Of a DNA stretch of 64,000 bases, positions 52,915 through 64,000 are shown in pieces. Positions within the stretch are counted from its first letter, which is position 1. Each line of letters begins with the position of its first letter. Under the pieces are notes generated by a model. It saw only the letters and a program-made list of their open reading frames with translations. It was not told the origin of the DNA and did not search any database. The stretch comes from Actinomycetota bacterium (GTDB lineage: Bacteria > Actinomycetota > UBA4738 > HRBIN12), in the NCBI GenBank assembly GCA_050696355.1, contig JBOGVD010000002.1, forward strand, positions 1,741 to 65,740, written 5' to 3'. Both the position numbers and the translations under genes were made by a program.

Positions 52915-54033
52915 CTACCTCCCCGACCGCTTCGGGCGATCAGGTCCAGACCCCTTGGGTCGTGCCTGACCGTCCTGACCACCTTTGGTCCCCTTGCCCG
53001 AACCGCCCTTGCCCGAACCGCCCTTGCCCGGCGTGCGGGGCGGTGGCTTGCGGAGGGTGCTCGGCTCGCCCTGCCGGCGCTTTCGCTCCTGGTCGGCCCG
53101 CTCCATCATCTGGCCGAAGAAGCCCGTCCTGGCCTTGTCGGGTCGGTCCGCGGACTTCGTCTTCGCCTGGGCGAGCCGGCGATCCATCGCGTCGGGACCG
53201 ATGTGGCCGAGCCGCAGCATCACGGCTTGCTGGCCGATCTGGAACAGGTTGGACATGGTCCAGTACAGGACCAGGCCGGCGGGGAACGCGAACCCGAAGA
53301 TCCCGAACATCACGGGCATGACCTTGGTGATGATCTGCGTCTGCGGGTTCTGTGCCGACGAGGGTGTCGCCTTCTGGGTCTGCCGGGTGGAGTAGAACGT
53401 GGTCCCGATCATCAGCAGGAGGATCGCGTAGTAGGGGATCCGGTCTGGGATCGAGTCTCCGCAATCGGTCGTGGCGCCGCTCGGCTCGCCCTGCGTGTTG
53501 AGCACGGCGACGGTCCTGCCCGCGTTCTGCGGGGAGCATTGCAGGTTCATGAGCAGGAAGTGCTGGCCCTCGTCGTTCTGCTCGGTGACGTCGATGAAGA
53601 GCTTCGAGTCCTCCGGGAGATGGTTGTCCTTGAACTCGACGCCCGGCGGCCTGGAAGGGTCCTCCGGCGCGTAGGGGACCGGTGCGCGGATGACCGAGTA
53701 CATCGCGATGAGGATCGGGAACTGGAGCAGCAGTGGGAGGCAGCCGCCGAGGGGGTTCACCCCGTACTCCTGGTAGAGCTTCATCGTCTGTTCTTGGATC
53801 TTCTGCTTGTTCCCCTTGTACTTCTTCTGGATCTCCTTGATCCTCGGCTGAAGCGCCTGCATCGACTGCATCGACTTGATCTGCTTGATACCCAGGGGGA
53901 GCAGGACGACCCGGAAGACCACGGTCAGGATGATGATCGCGAAGCCGAAGTTCCCGGTCAGGTCGTACAGCCACGCGAGCACCGCGCCGATCGCGTCGAG
54001 CAGCGCCTGGAACGGCCCGATCTCAGCCAGCAC
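52915..54033 (-). CDS. yidC: Membrane protein insertase YidC
   Basis: 372 aa. Motifs: GFAIIILTVVFRV.L.PL..KQ..SM..MQ.LQP....IQKKYK...QK...E.MKLY.E.G.NPLGGCLP.L.Q.PI. It has a basic C-terminal tail. Confidence 0.94.
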   Translation of the reverse strand: MLAEIGPFQALLDAIGAVLAWLYDLTGNFGFAIIILTVVFRVVLLPLGIKQIKSMQSMQALQPRIKEIQKKYKGNKQKIQEQTMKLYQEYGVNPLGGCLPLLLQFPILIAMYSVIRAPVPYAPEDPSRPPGVEFKDNHLPEDSKLFIDVTEQNDEGQHFLLMNLQCSPQNAGRTVAVLNTQGEPSGATTDCGDSIPDRIPYYAILLLMIGTTFYSTRQTQKATPSSAQNPQTQIITKVMPVMFGIFGFAFPAGLVLYWTMSNLFQIGQQAVMLRLGHIGPDAMDRRLAQAKTKSADRPDKARTGFFGQMMERADQERKRRQGEPSTLRKPPPRTPGKGGSGKGGSGKGTKGGQDGQARPKGSGPDRPKRSGR

Positions 54034-54337
54034 GGCGAGGCTCCCTCATCGAGGGGAAGTGTGTGGCAGCGTCATACACGTGACGCGAGGGGACCGGGTC
54101 CAGACCTCCACGCCCGAATGGGTTGCAGCGCAGCACCCTGTATCCGGCGAGCAGCACACCTCGCACCGCACCGTGGGATCGGATCGCTTCCTCCGCGTAG
54201 CGGGAGCAGGTGGGGGAGAAGCGGCACTGCCCTCCCATCCAGCCGGACAGCATCACCCGGTACAGGGCGATCGCCCCGAGCAGGGCCAGGCGCACGGGAG
54301 CCCCCGCGCCCCAGAGGAAGCGCCGGACGAACCTCAT
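54023..54337 (-). CDS. yidD: Membrane protein insertion efficiency factor YidD
   Basis: 104 aa. The motif CRF.PTCS.YA.EAI..HG...G..L...R..RC.P is present. Its ATG overlaps the rnpA stop (ATGA). Confidence 0.92.
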   Translation of the reverse strand: MRFVRRFLWGAGAPVRLALLGAIALYRVMLSGWMGGQCRFSPTCSRYAEEAIRSHGAVRGVLLAGYRVLRCNPFGRGGLDPVPSRHVYDAATHFPSMREPRRAG

Positions 54338-54639
54338 GGACGCACCTCTCCACGCCCCAGCAACTCGCTCATCTCTTCGATCAGATCCTGGGTTCGGGCG
54401 TCCCGGATGGCCTCGCGAGCCACCAGAACGATGTCTTGTCCCTCCACGCCCCGCGGCGCGACCTCACGGAGTGCCGCCCGAAGGACCCGCCGGGCCCGGT
54501 TCCGCTGCACCGCGCCGCCGATCTTCTTCCCGGCGACCAGCGCGAACTCCCCCGAGCCGGGGCCGACAAACAGTACCACCCGCCTCCCGTGTACCGGATG
54601 GCCGTGTTGGAAGACCCTGCGGATCCCCGGCGTTCGCAC
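54334..54639 (-). CDS. rnpA: Ribonuclease P protein component
   Basis: The frame is that of ORF 54334..55020. The start is placed at GTG (cac at 54637-54639), just after the rpmH stop. The sequence ...F..V...G......V.L.V.......FA.V..KK.G.AV.RNR.RR.LR.A is typical RnpA. The exact start is uncertain. Confidence 0.85.
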   Translation of the reverse strand: MRTPGIRRVFQHGHPVHGRRVVLFVGPGSGEFALVAGKKIGGAVQRNRARRVLRAALREVAPRGVEGQDIVLVAREAIRDARTQDLIEEMSELLGRGEVRP

Positions 54640-54647
54640 CGACGCGC

Positions 54648-54797
54648 TCAGCCGGAGACGCTGAGTCGGCTGCGGCCCTTGCGTCGACGCGCGGCGATGA
54701 TCGCTCGACCGGCTCGTGTCCGCATCCGCAGACGGAAGCCGTGGGTCTTCGCCCGACGGCGGGTGTTCGGCTGGTACGTGCGCTTCCCCTTGGCCAT
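54648..54797 (-). CDS. rpmH: 50S ribosomal protein L34
   Basis: 49 aa from ATG (cat at 54795-54797): [42 protein letters not shown]. Confidence 0.95.
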   Translation of the reverse strand: MAKGKRTYQPNTRRRAKTHGFRLRMRTRAGRAIIAARRRKGRSRLSVSG

Positions 54798-54920
54798 CCT
54801 CGGAACCTCCGCGAAAAGGACGGCCGGCTGCTCGCCGGCCGAGCGGGAAGTATACGGAAACATCCCTGGGTGAAGGGGTTGACAAGTGAAAGAGCGTCAA
54901 GACGCCACCGGCCGGTCGCA

Positions 54921-55045
54921 TCGTGGAAAAACCCGGTGCTATAGTCCGCCCCGCACTTCCCCGGGGTGATGGGCCCCCGGCGATCCGACCCCACCACCTC
55001 GTCGGATGCGGGTTATCCACCGATGTGGAAAGGTTCTGTGGAATC
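54921..55045. promoter_or_regulatory. DnaA-box-like cluster / dnaA promoter region
   Basis: Boxes, compared with TTATCCACA: TTATCCACC (55013-55021, 8/9); CTTTCCACA on the minus strand (55024-55032, 7/9); GATTCCACA on the minus strand (55037-55045, TCCACA core); TTTTCCACG on the minus strand (54921-54929, 7/9). A possible -10 TATAGT lies at 54940-54945, and TTGACA lies at 54879-54884. Confidence 0.6.
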
Positions 55046-55049
55046 TCAG

Positions 55050-56477
55050 ATGGCCGTGGCGCTACCCGATCAGGAGGCTCGACGGACCTGGTCGGTCGTC
55101 CTCGACCGAGCCAGGGCCGAGCTGCCGGAGACCACGTTCCTCATGTGGTTCACCGATGTCCGCCCGATCGCCGTCCGCGACGAGGTCCTCGCGCTGGCGG
55201 TCCCGAGCCAGTTCGTCCGTGAGCGATTGCAGCACAACCATCTTGGGCTCATCTCCGATGCGGCCGCGGACGCCTTCGGCCGACCGCTGAAGATCGAGAT
55301 GGAGGTCGACGAAGCGATCCGGCATGAGGAGGATCCGCTCGTCGATCTGACCTCGACCCCGCCGGCGTCGTACGCGACCATCGGGGCGCCGGCCCCACCC
55401 GCGACGCCGAGCTCGAGCCGACAGCGCGGCGCACCCGGCCTCCCGTTCCCCAACTACACCTTCGACGCATTCGTCCCCGGCCCGTCCAGCCGGTTCGCCC
55501 ACGCGGCGGCCATGGCGGTCGCCGAGGCGCCGCTGTCGACGGCGTACAACCCGTTGTTCGTCTACGGTGGCACCGGTCTCGGCAAGACGCACCTCCTCGT
55601 CGCGATCGGCCACCACATCTGGCAGCTGCTGCCCGACGCGCGGATCAAGTACGTGACGTCCGAGCAGTTCGTGACGGAGTTCATCAAGGCCGTGAGGGAG
55701 CGGCAGGGCGACGCGTTCCGGCACAAGTACCGCGAGGTCGACATCCTGCTCGTCGACGACATCCAGTTCCTCGCCAAGCGGGAGGAGACGCAGACCGAGT
55801 TCTTCCACACGTTCAACCACCTCCACGGCGCCGGGCGGCAGATCGTGATCGCGTCCGACCGGCCGCCGCACGAGCTGTCCGGCCTCGAGGAGCGGCTCGT
55901 GAGCCGCTTCCGCTGGGGCCTGTGCGTCGACGTCCAGCCGCCCGACCTGGAGACCCGGATCGCGATCCTCCAGCTCAAGGCGGAGCGGGAGAACATCCCG
56001 GCGGTCGTGCCCGAGGTGATCGAGTTCGTCGCGTCGAAGTTCGACCAGTCGGTCCGCGAGCTCGAGGGTGCCCTGGTACGGGTCGTCGCCTGGTCCGAGC
56101 TCACCCGACAGCCGATCGACATCGAGCTGGCGGAGCGGGCGCTCCAGGACCTGATCCCGCAGACGGAGCACGAGATCCCGCCTCCCCTGATCCTCGAGGA
56201 GACAGCCACCTACTTCCAGTTCTCGACCGGTGACCTCGTCTCGAAGTCGCGGTCGCGACCCCTGACGCAGGCCAGGCACATCTCGATGTACCTGATGCGC
56301 GAATGCACGGGCCTGTCGCTCGTCAAGATCGGCGAGATCTTCGGCGGCCGCGATCACACCACGGCCCTGCACGGCATCAAGAAGGTCGAGGACGAGATGC
56401 GGTCCCGCGACGACACGTTCCGCCACGTCCAGGATCTCACGCGCATCATCCGCAGCCGTGTTCGGGGGATCGTGTGA
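55050..56477 (+). CDS. dnaA: Chromosomal replication initiator protein DnaA
   Basis: The start is placed at ATG 55050 (MAVALPDQEARRTWSVVLD...). Motifs: Walker A GGTGLGKTHL, Walker B LLVDDIQF, sensor/box VII region, C-terminal DNA-binding region HTTALHG..K. Confidence 0.95.
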   Translation: MAVALPDQEARRTWSVVLDRARAELPETTFLMWFTDVRPIAVRDEVLALAVPSQFVRERLQHNHLGLISDAAADAFGRPLKIEMEVDEAIRHEEDPLVDLTSTPPASYATIGAPAPPATPSSSRQRGAPGLPFPNYTFDAFVPGPSSRFAHAAAMAVAEAPLSTAYNPLFVYGGTGLGKTHLLVAIGHHIWQLLPDARIKYVTSEQFVTEFIKAVRERQGDAFRHKYREVDILLVDDIQFLAKREETQTEFFHTFNHLHGAGRQIVIASDRPPHELSGLEERLVSRFRWGLCVDVQPPDLETRIAILQLKAERENIPAVVPEVIEFVASKFDQSVRELEGALVRVVAWSELTRQPIDIELAERALQDLIPQTEHEIPPPLILEETATYFQFSTGDLVSKSRSRPLTQARHISMYLMRECTGLSLVKIGEIFGGRDHTTALHGIKKVEDEMRSRDDTFRHVQDLTRIIRSRVRGIV

Positions 56478-56481
56478 TGGC

Positions 56482-56665
56482 TGTGGATATCCTGGCGACG
56501 GCGGGCGCGCGGAGCCCCTCCACCGGGGACGGCGGAAAGACCGCCAAAGGACTTCCACCGACGATCCACATGTCGGAGCTACCCGCTACGCTGCGCAGAC
56601 GGGCCCTCGCTCCACATTTCCACCGCCCCTACTACCGCTCTCTTTGAAAGAAGAACTGAAGAGCA
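56482..56665. other. Candidate oriC core in the dnaA-dnaN spacer (DnaA-box-like sites + AT-rich element)
   Basis: Boxes: ATATCCACA on the minus strand (56482-56490, 8/9); CGATCCACA (56562-56570, 7/9); CGCTCCACA (56608-56616); ATTTCCACC (56616-56624); ACTTCCACC (56551-56559, weak). The AT-rich stretch TCTCTTTGAAAGAAGAACTGAAGAG (~56638-56662) is unusual for this genome. Confidence 0.55.
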
Positions 56666-56679
56666 GCAGGAGGTTCGAG

Positions 56680-57780
56680 ATGAAGTTCCGATGCGACCGC
56701 GACGATCTGTCCGATGCCCTGCAGACCGTGCAACGGGGCGTCTCCTCTCGCCCGGGGATCCCGGCGCTCACCGGCGTGTTGCTCGAGGCCTCCGACGACG
56801 GCGCCCTCACCCTCACGACCACCGACCTCGAGGTCTCGGCGCGGCTCGCGATCAGCGTGCAGGTGCAGGAGGCAGGCACGGCGCTGGTGCCGGCTCGGCT
56901 GCTGGCCGACACGGTGAAGTCGCTCTCGGAAGCGCCGGTGGACTTCGAAACGGATCAATCTCAGGCCCATATCCGATGCGCCGCTTATGAAGGCGCCCTT
57001 CGTCTCCTGCCTGCCGACGACTTCCCAGGGCTGCAGGAGCCGGCCGGCACGGCGATCTCCGCGGAGCCCGGCGCGTTCGCCGAAGCGGTCGGCCAGGTGG
57101 CGAGGGCCGCGTCGCGCGACGAGGCCCGCCCGGTGCTGACCGGCGTCTTGCTCGAGATCAGCCGGGAGGGTGTGGTCCTCGTGGCCACGGACTCATACCG
57201 GCTCGCGGTCCGAGACCTGGTCGCCACGGCCGACGGCGAGGCGAAGGCGATCGTGCCGGAGCGCGCCTTGACCGAGGCCGGCCGCGCGGCCGCAGATCAG
57301 AAGGCCGACGTCGATGCCTTCACCGACGGGTCGCAGATCGCGTTCCGGGTCGGGGCCCTGACGCTGACGTCGCGCCTGATCGAGGGGGAGTTCCCGAACT
57401 ACCGGCAGCTCCTGCCCGAGACGGTCGAGAGCCGGCTCACGATCTCGCGGCAGCAGCTGCTGGAAGCCGTCCGACGGGTCGGGCTCCTCGCGCGCGACAC
57501 CACCCCGGTGCGGCTGGAGTTCAACGCGCTCGGAGTGAAGCTCTCGTCGTCGAGCCCCGATCTCGGTCAGGCCGTCGAGACGGTCGAGGCTCGCTATGAG
57601 GGAGACGATCTCATCGCGGCGTTCAACCCGCAGTACCTGGTTGACGGCCTGACCGCGGCCACCGGCGAGAGCGTGCGGCTCGATGTCCGCGACGGGCTGA
57701 AGCCCGGCGTCATCCGTGGCGATGGCGACGAGCTGACCTACCTGGTCATGCCGGTCCGGCTCCCCGCCGCGGTCAGCTGA
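56680..57780 (+). CDS. dnaN: DNA polymerase III beta sliding clamp
   Basis: 366 aa. ATG 56680 follows AGGAGG. The sequences MKFRCDRDDL..AL..V.R, TDLE, ATD.YRLA and LIEG.FPNY..L.P are canonical. Confidence 0.95.
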   Translation: MKFRCDRDDLSDALQTVQRGVSSRPGIPALTGVLLEASDDGALTLTTTDLEVSARLAISVQVQEAGTALVPARLLADTVKSLSEAPVDFETDQSQAHIRCAAYEGALRLLPADDFPGLQEPAGTAISAEPGAFAEAVGQVARAASRDEARPVLTGVLLEISREGVVLVATDSYRLAVRDLVATADGEAKAIVPERALTEAGRAAADQKADVDAFTDGSQIAFRVGALTLTSRLIEGEFPNYRQLLPETVESRLTISRQQLLEAVRRVGLLARDTTPVRLEFNALGVKLSSSSPDLGQAVETVEARYEGDDLIAAFNPQYLVDGLTAATGESVRLDVRDGLKPGVIRGDGDELTYLVMPVRLPAAVS

Positions 57781-57801
57781 CCGTCGGCGGTCGCGGCCCG
57801 G

Positions 57802-58896
57802 ATGCACCTGCAGTGGCTGGAGCTTCGGGACTTCCGCAACCACTCGTGGACGTCCCTCGATGATCTCGTGGAGGGCTTGACCGTCGTCGTCGGTCCGAAC
57901 GGAGAAGGCAAGACCAACCTGCTCGAGGGCATGCACTTCCTGTACGCGCTCCGGTCGCCGAGGGTCTCGGCCAACCCCCCGCTCGTCCGCGAGGGTGCGG
58001 ACGTGGCGTATGCGCGAGGCGAGTTCGCGGGCAACGAGGGCAAGACGCTGGTGGAGGTGGAGATCCCGCGGAAGGGTGCGAGCCGCGTGAAGCTCGACAA
58101 GAGCCCGCTCCGGCGCAAGCGCGAGCTCCGGCGGCGGGTGCGCTCGGTGCTCTTCGGTCCGTTCGACCTGCCCGTGGTGATCGGCGATCCCTCCAAGCGC
58201 CGCGACCTGATGGACGAAGCCGTCGTCGCCCTCTGGCCCTTGAAGGACGGTCTCTCCTTGGCCTATGAGCGCGCGCTCCGTCAGCGGAACCGGCTCCTCA
58301 AGGAATGGGAGGGCGGCCGCGGCACCCCCCCCGGCATGGATGCCTGGGACGAGGAGCTGATCCGCAGTGGGGTGCCCGTGATCGAGGCGCGCGCCGATGC
58401 CGTCGCTCGGATCGCCACCGGCGCCTCTCACGAGTTCGAAGCGCTCTCCGGCTACGGCCTCCTCGTCGCGTACGCCCCCAGGGTCAGCGGAGCCGGATCG
58501 GTGGGGGAGGCGTTCCGCGAGCAGTTGTCGGCGCGGCGGCACGACGAGCTCGTGCGCCGGACGTCGCTGGTTGGGCCGCATCGCGACGATCTCACGTTGG
58601 CCGTGCGCGACCTGGGCGCCCGAGCGTTCGGCTCGCACGGTGAAACGTGGGCGGCGGCGCTCTGTCTCCGGCTCGGCCTGGCGGCCGCGATCGCCGGGGA
58701 AGCCGGTGAGCCGCCGTTGCTCCTCGTCGACGATCCCTTCAGCGCGCTCGACCCGAGCCGCCGCGATCGGATCGCAGGGCGTCTCGCGGACCGCGGCGAT
58801 CAGGTCGTGGTCAGCGTCGCCGACGAGGCCGACGTTCCGTCCGCCGCGTCGGCGATCTGGGACGTGCGGGCCGGCGCCGTGACGGTCAGGGGCTGA
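57802..58896 (+). CDS. recF: DNA replication/repair protein RecF
   Basis: 364 aa. L.L.DFRN..., Walker A GPNGEGKTNLLE, signature/Walker B LLLVDDP.S.LD. Confidence 0.94.
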   Translation: MHLQWLELRDFRNHSWTSLDDLVEGLTVVVGPNGEGKTNLLEGMHFLYALRSPRVSANPPLVREGADVAYARGEFAGNEGKTLVEVEIPRKGASRVKLDKSPLRRKRELRRRVRSVLFGPFDLPVVIGDPSKRRDLMDEAVVALWPLKDGLSLAYERALRQRNRLLKEWEGGRGTPPGMDAWDEELIRSGVPVIEARADAVARIATGASHEFEALSGYGLLVAYAPRVSGAGSVGEAFREQLSARRHDELVRRTSLVGPHRDDLTLAVRDLGARAFGSHGETWAAALCLRLGLAAAIAGEAGEPPLLLVDDPFSALDPSRRDRIAGRLADRGDQVVVSVADEADVPSAASAIWDVRAGAVTVRG

Positions 58897-58897
58897 G

Positions 58898-59239
58898 GTG
58901 CCGCGCCCGAAGGGGTTCCCGAAGCGCCCCGAGGGACCGAGCACGGAGCCGATCGCGATCGGCGAGGTGATCGACACCCTCCTGTCCGACCAGGTCTTCG
59001 CGCGCGGCATGCCCGTGGCCCAGCTGGCCGCCGCGTGGGCCTCCGTGGTGGGGGAGCGCCTCGCGTCGGAGACCGCCCCGGCGGCCCTCGAGGCCGGCGT
59101 CCTGACGGTCACGGCCACCTCCGGCCCGTGGGGCGCGCAGGCTCGGTTCCTCCACGAGGAGATCCGCCGGCGGGCCGACGAGGCGCTCGGCGGCAACCGC
59201 ATCACCTCGGTGAGGATCGTGGTCCGAAACCGCAGGTGA
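58898..59239 (+). CDS. DUF721 (DciA-like) protein
   Basis: 113 aa with a GTG start 2 nt after the recF stop. The conserved recF-gyrB intervening gene (Rv0004 position). It has the DUF721 pattern ....W..VVG..LA..T.P..L..GVL.V.A.S..WA..L. Confidence 0.85.
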   Translation: MPRPKGFPKRPEGPSTEPIAIGEVIDTLLSDQVFARGMPVAQLAAAWASVVGERLASETAPAALEAGVLTVTATSGPWGAQARFLHEEIRRRADEALGGNRITSVRIVVRNRR

Positions 59240-59285
59240 ACGGGCGATTTCCGCGGCCGCTTCCGCCGTGCGCGTCACCGCGGAT

Positions 59286-61310
<2,025 letters not shown>

Positions 61311-61321
61311 GGGAGCGAGGG

Positions 61322-63769
<2,448 letters not shown>

Positions 63770-63824
63770 GGCTCGAGGGAACCCGCCGTCGCGGCAGCGA
63801 TGCTGCGATGATGTCTGGACTCCC

Positions 63825-64000
63825 ATGAACATCGGACTCGGCTTGCTCGTGGAGGTCGTCGCGTTCGGGGCGGCCGCCTACGTCGTGATCGAGCTGCGGC
63901 CTCGCGTCGCGCAGCAGACGACCGATCTCCTGCTCGGTGCGATCGGGTGCGTGATGGGGGTGGGCGCCCTGCTGTTCCAGCAGGACGTGAGCGTCGCGGG
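63825..64000 (+). CDS. Membrane protein, 5' part (3' end outside window); Rv0007/DUF3566-like by position only
   Basis: ATG 63825 is open to the window end: MNIGLGLLVEVVAFGAAAYVVIELRP...LLLGAIGCVMGVGALLF, giving two hydrophobic helices. It is absent from the ORF track because there is no stop in the window. Confidence 0.5.
   Translation, partial: MNIGLGLLVEVVAFGAAAYVVIELRPRVAQQTTDLLLGAIGCVMGVGALLFQQDVSVA

Noticed and set aside
52378-54873. 831-aa plus-strand ORF
   Set aside because: It is antisense to jag, yidC, yidD, rnpA and rpmH, and is a shadow ORF.
58636-58650. parS-like string CACGGTGAAACGTGG inside recF
   Set aside because: Relative to the CACGTGAAAC core it has an inserted base, and the flanks do not match the palindrome, so it is not a parS site.

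Overview
Very GC-rich window (not computed; roughly 70% by eye) with dense operons, many 1-, 4- or 8-nt start/stop overlaps and frequent GTG/TTG starts. The right-hand 28 kb is the chromosomal replication-origin neighbourhood of an Actinobacteria-type genome. Gene order there is cca | NUDIX - Rv3909-like - murJ - ECF sigma - anti-sigma - trxB - trxA - cwlM | parB - parA - rsmG - jag - yidC - yidD - rnpA - rpmH | dnaA - dnaN - recF - DUF721 - gyrB - gyrA - membrane protein. This matches the order I recall around Mycobacterium oriC. Gene orientation flips at rpmH/dnaA. DnaA-box-like sites flank dnaA, and a perfect parS lies at the rsmG 5' end. The left-hand 36 kb is housekeeping or niche metabolism:
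- a cobalamin-riboswitch-controlled 7-gene B12 uptake plus nucleotide-loop salvage operon;
- modABC, translationally chained to lepB;
- sodN/sodX (Ni-SOD and its maturation protease);
- PadR-ino1;
- an ArsR locus with three SRPBCC proteins;
- a P450-CMD pair;
- tusA-dsrE;
- three MFS transporters;
- two class III nucleotide cyclases, one of them a zinc-ribbon/cyclase/P-loop/TPR STAND-like protein;
- a secreted metzincin next to a beta-helix/RTX protein.

I found no rRNA, tRNA, CRISPR array, transposase, integrase or prophage signature, and no convincing novel multi-gene system such as a defence island. The most unusual items are:
- ParA with a ~230-aa acidic Pro/Glu-repeat tail;
- a solitary pilT plus an HExxH mini-membrane protein inserted in the conserved cca/NUDIX divergon;
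- head-to-head overlapping sodN/sodX starts;
- lepB coupled to modC;
- three single-base frame disruptions in two otherwise recognisable genes (real pseudogenes or assembly indels).

All calls rest on reading the supplied ORF translations and the DNA by eye. No searches were run.
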